Shown: positions 24,867 through 37,347, counted from the first letter of the whole stretch. The stretch: 63,499 nucleotides of DNA, filler included, from Octopus bimaculoides (GCF_001194135.2; 7 parts of 7 records of this genome joined end to end with filler, not necessarily neighbours in it); one strand, 5' to 3'. Notes: generated by a model not told the origin, from the sequence alone. A program made the numbers and translations.

Positions 24867-25588
24867 GTAAGTTAAGTTGTTTGCTATTGATATGGAAAAG
24901 TATGTTGTTCACTATCATTTTCATACAGTTCTTACATTCAAGAAAATGTTATTTTCAAAAACTACAGAAAATTTGTCCATGTCAAAATAAGGACTTATTG
25001 GAATAAATGAGTCTTGAACTCTGCTGACAACTCATAAAATAATACAACTAAAACTTTTAAAAGCAGATGATTTTTGATAATGAAAGAATTTGGACAATAA
25101 AAAACTTTAAAAAACTAGCAGCTCTAATAATCACTAGACAGCATCATTGAAGAGCTAACAAGATATTGTCAAAAAACCTATAAGTCAATGAGAGGAGAGG
25201 AAAATGTCCCTGTATCTTTCTACCAATCTGAGAGTTACACTTAATAGAGATGCATTAGCAGCCCAGTTTGCGAAAAACTGCAATGGTCAACTACCAGTTG
25301 ACATTGAGAGTAGGAAATGCTGCAATATCACAAAATTGTGAAACAATCAGCACATTTCAAGAAATTAAAAGCAAATGAATGTATAAGTTAGCCATTCACA
25401 AAATTATAGAAAGCATGAGTAAATTTCTGCATGTGCCATTGAAGCTCCCATAATTGACATTGTGCAAGATACACAGGGCAAACAGTGACAAAGAAATTTA
25501 ATTATTTTCAGATGATTATATGTAATCAACTTCACTGAATTTGAAAAAAGTTACTGATTCTTTTTTTTTTCTTACCATCATATCACAG

Positions 25589-25705
25589 CTTTCCATAAAC
25601 CTAAACTATCATATATGGAAACACCTACAGTTCTGGCTGTTTTATCTATGGGCTATAAACGAAATTTAGTCAAAAGAATTGTGAAAAACAAAATCAAAGA
25701 AACAG
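25589..25705 (+). CDS. IAP gene, UBA-domain exon
   Basis: atcacag|CT...ACAG|gtaag, phase 1 to 1. AFHKPKLSYMETPTVLAVLSMGYKRNLVKRIVKNKIKETG resembles the cIAP UBA (TPVVKSALEMGFNRDLVKQTVQSKILTTG, recalled from memory). Confidence 0.9.
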
Positions 25706-26737
25706 GTAAGAATACTTTACGATTTTTTAAAATGTAATAATTTTTTGTTATACAAAACTAAACTATCCAGTTTTTGTACAAAATTCATCATTGTAATCAT
25801 TGCTGTATTGACATATGTTTGTTCAATACAGNNNNNNNNNNNNNNNNNNNNNNNNNNNNNNNNNNNNNNNNNNNNNNNNNNNNNNNNNNNNNNNNNNNNN
25901 NNNNNNNNNNNNNNNNNNNNNNNNNNNNNNNNNNNNNNNNNNNNNNNNNNNNNNNNNNNNNNNNNNNNNNNNNNNNNNNNNNNNNNNNNNNNNNNNNNNN
26001 NNNNNNNNNNNNNNNNNNNNNNNNNNNNNNNNNNNNNNNNNNNNNNNNNNNNNNNNNNNNNNNNNNNNNNNNNNNNNNNNNNNNNNNNNNNNNNNNNNNN
26101 NNNNNNNNNNNNNNNNNNNNNNNNNNNNNNNNNNNNNNNNNNNNNNNNNNNNNNNNNNNNNNNNNNNNNNNNNNNNNNNNNNNNNNNNNNNNNNNNNNNN
26201 NNNNNNNNCATTCAGTTGCTTATATACAAGAATTCAATGTCAGTACTGTAAACCATCAAACTATACATTAATCTTTGAATAATCTGGTTTCCTACCATCA
26301 AGTTGTTCAAGGTAAAGCACGTATAAGATTTCAGCAACTTCTCTGAAAATATATGAGAGGCATAATCTTAAAAAATACTAACATGCATACATAGAAGTGT
26401 AATATAATTGTCAGAACCAGAGCTCAACTAGCAGTTGCTTTTCATGATTGGGATTGTATCCTGTTATTTTGATTTGAACTAAAAATATGAGATGCCATGA
26501 AATGAGGTTGATAACTTCTGATTAATGTTCTAGTGATGAAATACTTCCTTCCAAAAAAATTTCATTTCTTGAAATTCCAGCTTCAAAATACAAATAGAGG
26601 TCTAACAAAGGAGGAGTATTATTATGAAAATAATGGATAAATGTGAATGTAACTGAATGCTAGATTGTAATTACCTAAATATTTTACACAAAATCTAATT
26701 TATCTGTGCATGTTTTTTTTTCTTTTTTGTTTTGAAG

Positions 26738-26881
26738 GATCTTGTTTTGCACAAGCATCAGATTTACTTGATGCAGTCGAGAACAGTCCTCATTTGAATG
26801 GTGGTGATGATATTGAGGATGTAAGTGACAAAGAGGAGCCTGTCCAGACAGCAATAAAAAATGACTCTGAAATGTCTGCTA
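26738..26881 (+). CDS. IAP gene, end of UBA plus acidic linker exon
   Basis: Poly-T..gaag|GA...GCTA|gtaagt, phase 1 to 1. GSCFAQASDLLDAVENSPHLNGGDDIEDVSDKEEPVQTAIKNDSEMSA. Confidence 0.85.
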
Positions 26882-28725
26882 GTAAGTAATAAATGATAAC
26901 TCTACTATTTCTCCACACTTTGAAATGATTGCTAGTAAATAAGAAGTGATCCTTCTTCTATCTATCAAAGTGCTGACAGTGAAGTAGCTGTTATTAAGTA
27001 ATCCTTCTTCTAATGTCTCACATTGACACTAGATTGTTATTGCTCACAAAGAAAGGAAACATCTACTTTTAAAACTTTATAAATGTCAACACCATATCAT
27101 TTTCAGTTTTAAAATAAATCTCTGTAATCCTTTCCAGTAACCAGAAATCGAAAATGGAATATGGTTTTCAGAGTGGTATATAAATGTCATCATCATTCAG
27201 GTGGAATGAAGGCTGAGACAGATTAAGAAATTATATATTGAGGAGTGAGTTTAAATGGTTAGCTTATGGGACTAGCTGTTAGTAAATAATACATTTAAAA
27301 ATATTAATGGTGAATGAATGTATGAAAGATCAAAAAACAGAGAATCTCAACTTAGCAATGCATCGTTTGGTATTGGACAAGATACGTAGAAGGAATTCAA
27401 TAGAACAGAAGGGAACACGTGAGAGGATTGTTTTTATAGTATGCTACAACCGGAAGTGGGGTTTACTTTGGAGAAATGGTACAAGGCTGGCATGTATTAT
27501 GCATGTGTGGATGTGTGTGCATCTGTTTTTGTTTACATTTGCACTTCTCTGAATACCACAAACTACAAGTGGTGATGTTGTTAGTTCTCCTGTTGAAAAA
27601 TCATCCACTCACTTTGTACTTTCAAACACTTGTAAAATTATGGGTTAGTAATAGGAAGGGCATCTAGCCATTAAAACAGTACTTAAGCAATAGCTTTAGC
27701 TAATCAATGCCAGTATGGAAAAACATGCATAAAAACGATTGAACAAAGCTCTTTGTATATTGTGTTTAATCCAAATTTGCCTCTTCCACATTGAGAATAA
27801 TATCCATAATTCAGATTACATGGTTATTTTTTCCTGTTCAATTTGTTACATATGTCCATGATTGGCAATTGTAAGCAGATGTACACTGATATATTTGCTT
27901 AATGATGATTGCAAATATTCCAGGAAAACATCAACACTAAACAGAGTCACAACTGACACAGCTGTTTTAGTTCAATGTCAATCCCACTCAAACAAACCTA
28001 GGATCAAATGCATTCAAGCTATAATCATCCCATCTTATTTTCAAGAATTACATTATTCAATGTGTCCCTCCTTTTTGAGTTAATAGGGTTTGAGTTGATA
28101 GAGCCTTGACTGCTATTTCTAGCAGGTTGAGAATCCACTTTGAAGTGCCCATGTTAGCTTCTCTGGAAAATTGTTATGGTATGATGGATTGATAATTCAT
28201 ATCCTGACACTGACAGAGATTCTTTAGTTTTAAATAAATACCAAAATGAGGCACAGTTCATTAGTGTAATTAGTGAAAACATTGTACAATTTATAAATAC
28301 TTTGTTAGTTTGTAGCATTGGGCTAAAATCCTCATCTGGAGAAAGAGACTAACTCTACCCAAGATAGTAATATTTTTCATTTACTCAAATCTGAAGGGGC
28401 CAGAACAGATTTCTTGTTTGTTTGATTTTTTTAGTATAATAATGTTTTGGAACACAACTTAAGAAAAAGTATTTTTTAAATATCTCTGAGAAATGTTCAT
28501 GCATTAGTAACTAACATGTCCACATGGAACCTTGGGTGAATTGGTGTGAATGAAATGGAATATTTTTCTTGTGTAACAGTTGATACTGTTTTAATATTTA
28601 GAATTTATTACTGTATTTATTATATTTCATCAACGCATAACCATTCAATTATATATTCATTTATCCTCTCATCTTACATTACATTTCAGTTTATTTATTT
28701 TCTGTCTTTTTTTTATTTTTTACAG

Positions 28726-28835
28726 CAGCAAGTGCTGATTTAATTGCAGAGAATACTATGCTAAAAGAACAAAAGCTTTGTAAAATCTGTTTGGATGAAG
28801 AACTGAGTGTGGTATTTTTACCATGTGGCCATTTG
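28726..28835 (+). CDS. IAP gene, RING-finger exon (truncated by assembly gap)
   Basis: Long pyrimidine tract then tacag|[40 protein letters not shown] matches the IAP-type C3HC4 RING start (CKxC..VFxPCGHL). Gap at 28836-29321. Confidence 0.93.
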
Positions 28836-29321
28836 NNNNNNNNNNNNNNNNNNNNNNNNNNNNNNNNNNNNNNNNNNNNNNNNNNNNNNNNNNNNNNNNN
28901 NNNNNNNNNNNNNNNNNNNNNNNNNNNNNNNNNNNNNNNNNNNNNNNNNNNNNNNNNNNNNNNNNNNNNNNNNNNNNNNNNNNNNNNNNNNNNNNNNNNN
29001 NNNNNNNNNNNNNNNNNNNNNNNNNNNNNNNNNNNNNNNNNNNNNNNNNNNNNNNNNNNNNNNNNNNNNNNNNNNNNNNNNNNNNNNNNNNNNNNNNNNN
29101 NNNNNNNNNNNNNNNNNNNNNNNNNNNNNNNNNNNNNNNNNNNNNNNNNNNNNNNNNNNNNNNNNNNNNNNNNNNNNNNNNNNNNNNNNNNNNNNNNNNN
29201 NNNNNNNNNNNNNNNNNNNNNNNNNNNNNNNNNNNNNNNNNNNNNNNNNNNNNNNNNNNNNNNNNNNNNNNNNNNNNNNNNNNNNNNNNNNNNNNNNNNN
29301 NNNNNNNNNNNNNNNNNNNNN

Positions 29322-29566
29322 GGGAGAAAGAAATACAGAGACCTTACCTGTTGACCATGGCGGGATGAGCGATCACTGACCAGATAAAAACACAACCTTT
29401 CACACGCACCATCACTCTTCGAAGTGCCCGCATGTGCTTTGTGCCCACGCATGCCACCGTGGGTCTTCTGCCGGCCCCTGCAGTCTTCACTTCCGTTTGC
29501 CTCATCTGCAATCCTCTCCACCAACACCACATAGCTCATCACAGCCCATAACACTACAATACCACA
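29322..29566 (-). repeat. 3' LTR of gypsy copy 1 (distal end lies in the gap)
   Basis: Starts TGTGGTAT immediately after AGATCAGGGTGGCA; the same purine-rich tract and LTR start occur in copy 2. Confidence 0.8.
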
Positions 29567-31740
29567 TGCCACCCTGATCTACAGATCATTCAACCGGCTT
29601 TTCCACTCACTCCTTGCTCTCAAACTCACACCTTAACTGGTTTCATAATCAACCAACCAGGGAGGAGGGTGCCGCTCTCTCTGTGGTCGCTGTGTGACCC
29701 CGGGACTGGCCTGAGTTCTTGGCATGCTGCTACTGGCTTCATCATCTTGCCTACTGTTGCTGTCTTCATCTTCTTGCCCACTGCTGCTGGTTTCACCCTC
29801 TGAGGCATTGACAATCTTCCACACATCCAAAACATGGCATGGCATACCATCGACAGAGACGTTGTTCTTTGAATTGATGGAGGTTATTGTTCCCTTTCCC
29901 TATTGTGATGTACACTGTGCATTTGGGGGCTTTACCCAAACTTTTTCCCCAACCTGCATAAAGGCGTGCTCTTCCTCTCCCCCGGGTCACATTGATGCAG
30001 TACACAGATGCCTCCACTCGTACCTGAATATTGCCCTGTATGGCACCGACTCCTCAGCCTGTCCTGAGCGACATATTGTACCAAAATATGGCTTCGATTG
30101 GTGAAATGTGGTCTCAATCTGCTATGGTCTTGATGGAACGATGATTCCTTTCCACCAATCCATTTCCACTTGGCCGGTATGCTGCCCTGCCACCCATCAA
30201 GCATTTCTTTCAGCACCTCCGAGCAAAATGCAGTGCCATTATTCAGAAACAACTCATCCAAGGGGCCTCGTTCCAGGAATATCCCATTTAATACTCTCGT
30301 GATTTCCTCTGTGGTTCCCTTCATCTCCCTCCATATAGTCAACCACCCCGGTCCGCAGTCAGCTATTGAGAGGTACATCCCCTGCCCATAGTGTGTTATG
30401 TCCACTGCCAGTCGTTTCCAGTTGTGGTCCACTGGAATACTTCCTGCCTCATGTACGCCCGGAGCAGGGTCAATGGACTGGCACCTGTCACAGCTGCTAA
30501 CCACTCTCTGCACGCTCCGTTTTGTTACATCAGAGTCGACTTTCCTGGCTAGGAACAACGTCCTGTCCACTCCCATGTGATGCATAGTATGAAGTCTCCT
30601 CAACTCCGAGTCACTCAGACAGCATACTGCAGCCACAGCCTGCTCTGCATCCTCTGGCACCTGTAACCAGGCTCGCTTTACCCTGGTCAAGACGTCTGCC
30701 CTGTTCTTCTCAGAAGGCACAAAGATCACGCTCAGCTTCAGATCGAACTCAGCGGTCAGTTCACACAGTATCCTCAATCGATGCTTTACCAACATCTCTG
30801 TGGCCCCTTTGGTTCGCACCCTCCACTCATTGGTGATGACTGCCGTCACCCAACCAAGCACAGTGGCTGAATCAGTCAGGCAGTATGTCTGGCCCTTATA
30901 ACTGACAAACTGATGCTTCCACAGTCTCTCAGCCTCATGTACCTGCAGGTAGGCCGACTTCAAATCGATGATTGTGGAGGCCCCTGTCATCTGCCTCCAC
31001 CCTCGCCTGTATGACATGATACGTGGTCATCCAGCTCTTGGAAGTCAAGTACTGGCCTGACCTTATGCTTTGTGGGCTGTACCACCGCCATCAGTGGCAG
31101 GACTCCGCTCTCTACTTCTTCTTCCCAAGGGATCAATATGCCCTCCTTAATCCACCGCTCCACCTCCCCCTTGAACTTGCTTCTGGCATCTCCTTTCAGA
31201 GTATGCTGATAGCAGCCCACTTTATTTTTTAACGTCAGGGGCTCTCCCTTCCAGTACCACTCCACTGTCCACCTCTGGCCATTGAAGACAGCACAAAAGT
31301 CCTGGTCTTCAATGGTGTGCACAGCATAGTTTTCTTTGTGGTTCTCACCAATGCACAGTCTCACTATACATGGTTTCCCCGCAACCCCAAATGTTACACC
31401 GGCCTTATTGACAGTGACACCTCCTAAACGGGTGATTGTATCCATCCCCATCACCACGTCAATCTCGTCCACCAAGTGGCCAACTACAATTGCTTGCAGC
31501 ATCAGCTTTGTTCCCTGCACCACAATCTGTGCATCTGTAATGCCTTCACAGTGTACCTCTCTTCTGTCGACTGCCCTCACACTGCTTTCTCCACTCCACA
31601 TCTCTACCACTTCTGGAGTCATCAGGGTCGTCATACAGCCCGTGTCCACAAGGGCTCACAACATCTTCCCCTCCACCAGAATGTCGACTACAAATAACTA
31701 CACCAACACCACATAGCTCATCACAGCCCATAACACCACA
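29322..31740 (-). mobile_element. Ty3/gypsy-like LTR retrotransposon, internally deleted (copy 1)
   Basis: Protease VDTG, RT start (RPVLDFQEL, IDLKSAYLQ), RNase H end (DSATV, NRADVLTR), integrase HHCC zinc finger (HTMHHMG..CDRC) and core. A 36-bp identical direct repeat lies at 29519-29554 and 31701-31736. Confidence 0.9.
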
Positions 31741-31879
31741 TATATAAAGCAAAGTTTATTTGTTTGTTTATTTCTATGTTGACTGCTGAAAACATCAAAT
31801 AAAATTGATAATATATCATGAGTTTCATTTCATTTCAATTGATTTCACCATATTGCTTTTTACAGATATGGCATACCTA

Positions 31880-32203
31880 CACAACAGTACCCCACCGAAT
31901 TTGTTTCTTCATAACTTAAAGGAAAAATGGATATTTTAAAATAAAATTTTCTACAAATATGCTTCAAAAGGTGTGGATTCCAGCTATATTAGAATTTGTT
32001 GTTGAAACCTTTTTTCTCTCCCATCTAAGCCAAATCATTTGAATTTTCCAAAACTGCTCTTCCAACTTGTGGAACATGTTTTTCACAACAAATTTTGATG
32101 TAATTGAAATCTAAACCATCTGAAACGTTTTTGTATGAAATTTCATTAAAATATATCCATTTTTCTGAAAGTTAGGAAACAAATTCTGTGGGGAACTGTT
32201 GTG
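31880..32203. mobile_element. Tc1/mariner-type MITE, 324 bp, TA target-site duplication
   Basis: TA|CACAACAGTACCCCACCGAATTTGTTTC ... GAAACAAATTCTGTGGGGAACTGTTGTG|TA; imperfect inverted repeats extend about 65 bp. Confidence 0.85.
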
Positions 32204-32960
32204 TAGTTATGGCCATAAATAGAAGTGGAGGAGCTGCACTTTGTTGTTTACAGTCTCTACCCCAGCACCAACATAATATACATGCATAGATACATTTGCC
32301 TGTAGGCTGTTAAGTAGGCAAATATGTGTATATATATATACAGGTAGGTAAACGGATATATAGGTAAACAGATAGATACATAGATAAGTAGATAGATAGG
32401 TACATAGGTAATATAGACAGACAAGCGTGCACGCGTACACTCACACACAAAAGGAGACAAAAGTGCATGACCATATACACATACACACAAAGACACATAT
32501 GGAAACACATCCATACATAACAGACACACATACAATCGCACAAACTCATACACGTAGACACACTCAAACACACACTTACAAGGAGACAGGCATACACACA
32601 AACATGCACACACAAACACGCACACACAAACACATGAATATACAGAATACATACATACACACATGCATACATACATAAGTGCATACACAAGTATACATGC
32701 ACACTGGTACACACATATGCACACAAACTGACAAAAGGAATGCAGCTCCGATAATGGACAGTCAACATCCATTGACAAAGTTGCAAAAGCAATGAAATTT
32801 TGGAAAAGAAAAAAATATAATAAATGAGTGGAAATTGAACTGGTGAGTTTGTTAGATATTAAGGCAGTACAACTCTCTGCAGACACAAATTTTATTTCAA
32901 CACACAGATTCACACAAAGAATCTTGCAAACCAAATATAAAAATGAAGTATATATATGTG

Positions 32961-33715
32961 TTTAAATGGAAAAAATTTCCTGTTTTACAGAAAAATGTTT
33001 AGTAAAATGTTGAGCCTTCAAAAGATAGAAACTAGAATAAAAAATATAAGAAATTTATTTGGCATTTTGTTGCACTTTAAAAAAACAAATAGTTTTAATA
33101 ATAAATGCTTCTCTTCCTCCTCTTTCTTTTCCTTTTCTCTCCTCCATTACATTTTTCAATCCTTTCTCTTCATCTGGGTCATTATCTTTCTTCCCAGACC
33201 TATCTTTCTTTCATGCTACTTCTTTCTCTCTTCTTCTTTTCCTTTTCTCTTCTTCATCCATCATTCACCTCCTATCTTTCCTCTTTGAATAACTCATTAT
33301 CCTTCTTTCTGAAACTACCTTTGTTTCATGTTTCTCCTCTCCTCCTCCACTTCTTTTTCTCTTCTTTCCTCCATTCCATTAAATGTCTTCTATCCTTAAT
33401 CCCCATTAAATTCTTCTACTTGTGCTTCTAAAGGAAATGATGTAGTTAATCTTCATTTGTTAATAAAAGATGGTATTCCCCCCACCTACTCCTTTTGGAA
33501 ATAAGATGTGCTTGCTAATGAGATGAACATTTCAAAAAGTGCAGCAAAATGCCAATTATAGCTTTTTTTATTTTTTCAATTCTAGTTTCTAACTTTTGAA
33601 GGCTCAACATTTTATTTAACCATTTTCTGTAAAACAAGTTTTTTTAGAAAAATTTAAGATTTGAACATTTTGTTGAAACCTTTTTCTGTAAAACAGGAAA
33701 CTTTTTCCATTTAAA
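32961..33715. mobile_element. Foldback/MITE-like inverted repeat with polypyrimidine spacer
   Basis: Arm 32961-33078 matches the reverse complement of 33536-33715 (aaatgttgagccttcaaaag, ttggcattttg.tgcacttt). The right arm has an internal duplication; CT-rich spacer at 33110-33430. Confidence 0.75.
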
Positions 33716-34911
33716 TTTCTTGTTTTTTTTTTTTTTAAGATTATATTATATCATTTATTATTTAGATTATCCTTCAAGTACCATTGTTAGCTCAATTTCT
33801 GGTTCACCTCCAAACCATATTGAGGTGATAGTTGGTTTTTATGAGGGAAAGGCCACCACTGATTTTTAATTTTTATTTTATGATGTATATTAAAACATAT
33901 CTGATTATTTAGCCCCTAACCACTCCTGAGCTAGCAGACCCATGATAAAGATGTTTCAGCTTGACCAGCCATTCTGTATTTCTGATACAGTAAATTTAGA
34001 AATACATCATCAAATGCATCACTTCTACTTCCCCTGTAGGAAGTGATTTGAGGGCAATCTGGCTGGTATTTCTAAAAAGTAAAGCAACCACGTTTCCTCA
34101 CATAATAACACCTGTACTTCCCTCCACACTATTCAGGTTACCCTTGAGCCCAGTAAAAAGAAATAAAAGGACTAATTTAATGAATTAATGAGAATTCAGA
34201 CATAGTGTTCATTCAATTTGACCTGGCAATGATCACCGGAAAGAGACAAGATATAACCTGGGAGAAGACGACCCAGTGGGCAGTTTAACTTTTCTAGTGT
34301 TGTAAGGTGGAGAGGAATAGGCAGAATAGAGAAGAAAGAATGGGTAGTAAAGCATGTTCAGGAAATAGAGTAGGAAATGTAAAAGAGAAAGATAGGAAGT
34401 TACAGCAGTAGAAAGAGGAAGAATGTAAGAAGAAAATGCAAATGAAAAGACAGGGGTAGAGACAGAGAATTGACAGAAAGGGAAGGAAAATAAGATGAAA
34501 AGTGAGTAAACAAACATAAAGAGAGAGAGAGAGAAAAGCAAACAGAAGAGACAGAGAGAAAGCAAGAGAGACAGATAGAAAGATAGATATATAAAGAGGA
34601 CATAACTGATAGAAAGAGGAGAATAAGTAGGAGAGAGAGTAAACAAACAGAAAGAATAAGAGTGGGAGATGATAAGTAAAAGTAAAATAGACAGACAGAC
34701 AGAAAAGTAGAAAGATAGATATAGAGAGAGGGGAGGACTCATAGACAAGAGGATTAAAAGAGAATTGACAGAAAAGGAAAGAGAATAAGTTAAAAAGAGA
34801 GTAAACAAACATAGAAAGAGGAAGAGTGGGGTAGAGAAAAACAGAAGAGACGGAGAGAGACAGATAGAAAGATATATATATCTATATATATATATATATA
34901 TATATATATGA

Positions 34912-36071
34912 CATCTTAAATGCACTAAGTGAGGGCTCCAATGCGGATGTCATATACCTTGATTTCAGCAAGGCCTTTGACAGAGTCGACCACAATATGC
35001 TGTTAAGGAAAACTATCCAACGCTGGTGATGGTGGAAAGCTACTTCAATGGATTAGGTATTTCCTAACAAACACGACCCAGTATGTTGTGGTTGATGACA
35101 TCAACTCAAGACCAAAAAAAGTCATCAGTGGAGTCCCACAGGGTACTGTGCTGGGTCCACTTCTTTTTATTATCTATATCAATGACATTGCCGATTCCAT
35201 TGAACATAGCACCATTAAAACATTTGCAGATGACTCTAAGCTCCAGAAAGTCATTAAGGGATCGAACAATGCTTCAATCGCACCTATGTGAAGTAACCCA
35301 GTGGGCACAAAAAAACAATATACAGTTGAACGAAAAAACATTTGAGCTCATCTACTTTGGAAGAGAGGGTACACTCAAACAACCATATACACTACTGTCG
35401 GGAGACCTACTTGAACCGTCGGATAATATCAGAGACTTAGGTGTAACTGTCGACAGCAACCTTAGCTGGAGTGTGCACATCAACAAAAAAGTCGATGTTG
35501 CCCACAGAATGTGCTCATGGATCCTCTGAACTTTCCAATCTAGGGATCATGGAACCATCATCCTTCTCTTCTCCACATTCACTAGGCCACACCTTGAATA
35601 CTACTGCCCATTGTGGTTTTCCTACAAGAAACAAGACATAACAAGGATCAAAGAGCCACAAAGATCAATCACTAAAAAAATAAATGGCATGATGGGACTT
35701 GATTATTGGGCTCAACTTAAACAGCTGAAGCTCTATTCTCTGCAACGCCACCATGAGTGATACATTATTTGCACCATGTGGAAAATATTCTACCAATATT
35801 ATCCAAATGATATCAGTATTATGTTTACAGTTCACTAGGCCCCTGTACAATGCATCCCCTACAAAGGTCAAGATCATCTCACATAAGAACATTGCAACGC
35901 AATTTCTTGACTGTAAATGGTCCTGCACTTTTCAATGTTATCCCGAAAGAAATTAAAGTAGAAAAAGACCTCACGACTTTCAAACGGTACTTGGACAAAT
36001 TCCTCCAGGAAATACCAGATAAACCACCTATACCTAGACACATCTCAACCAACAACAACTCTCTGCTTGAG
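34912..36071 (+). mobile_element. CR1/L2-like LINE RT core to C-terminus, decayed
   Basis: DVIYLDFSKAFDRVDH, SGVPQGTVLGPLLF, FADDSK, RDLGVTVDSNL, GPALFNVIP..FKRYLDKFLQEIPDKP. Confidence 0.92.
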
Positions 36072-37347
36072 AAAACAGAGGAGTTTGTTCGAAGATTGAG
36101 ATGGAAAGCCTTCTTCTTTGACACTAAACAGAAAACTAACAGAAATAAATACGGACTTAAATCTTCCAAGAATCTACCACCTATTCCGGAATTAGAAGCC
36201 TTCGAAAAAGACTTTTTGGATCTTATTAGAAAAATTAGATTCCGTAAACATACCAACCATCTACAGAGATATGAAAGAAAAAATTACAGAAATTAACAAC
36301 TCGAATAAGATCTTCGTTAATTCTGACCAGACAAAAAACTTATATGCGGTTGATAAGGATGTTTACAAGCATCTAATTTCGAATAGCATCACAGATACAT
36401 TCAAAAAAGATAACACAAATTTATACAGAGAGGTGAATTTGGAGGCAAGAAAAATAACAATCTTAAGATTAGCGATAGAATAGAATACCTTTCCCCGTGA
36501 CCTGCTTTTATTACCCTAAAAGACCATAAAGCTAATTTTAATAGAAACCCCAAATGTAGATTGATTAATCCTGCAAAAAACTGAAATAGGGATTATTAAC
36601 AAATATATTTTGGATCGCATTTCAACTAAGTTAGATAGTGATTTAAATTTACGGATTTGGAAAAATAATAAGTCAGTAATAGATTAGTTTAAAGTGATTA
36701 GCCATAAGCATAACTGCAAATTTACGCAGTTTGATATTGTTAATTTTTACCCATCAATATCCAGACCTTTGCTCCTGAAAGCATTTGAATTCGCCAAACA
36801 GTATGTCAACATCAATAGCTCAGAAATAGATACTATCATACATGCAAGAAAATCACTTCTTTTTTATGAGGAATCTAACTTGATTAAAAAGAGTGAGGAT
36901 TCTCTTTTCGATGTACCGATGGGGGCATACGATGGTGCTGAGTTATGTACGCTTATAAGAGCTTACATTTTGCACAATCTGAAGCTAGAATTCCCGTTTA
37001 TAGACGCAGGATTGTATAGGGATGACAGCCTTATAGTCACCCATAATTTAAACGGCCGTGAATTAGATAAACTTAGGAAGGATCTAATTGCTTTCTTCCA
37101 AAGGATAGGCTTGCAGATTACAATAGATACTAACCTCAAAAAAGTAGATTTCTTAGATGTAAATTTAGACTTGAATTCAGATAAATTCAAACCTTACTGT
37201 AAGTCTAATGATAAACTATCTTATATTAGCAAAGAATCCAACTATCACCAGTTATTCTTAGAAACTTAGTTAGTAACGTAGGTAGGCGAATATCGTCAAT
37301 TTCTGCGGAAGAGGCAACATTCCAAAACGCAACACCTGGTAACAATT
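36072..37347 (+). mobile_element. Penelope-like element (PLE) reverse transcriptase, decayed, GIY-YIG domain absent
   Basis: EEFVRRLRWKAFF, FITLKDHK..PKCRLINPAK, FDIVNFYPSI, FDVPMGAYDGAELC, GLYRDD, KVDFLDVNLDL. Confidence 0.85.

Noticed and set aside
17662-36071. Idea that one CR1 element was split by 16 kb containing the IAP exons
   Set aside because: The two pieces overlap by about 9 codons and differ there (VLKQLLNDS versus ILNALSEGS), so they are separate copies.
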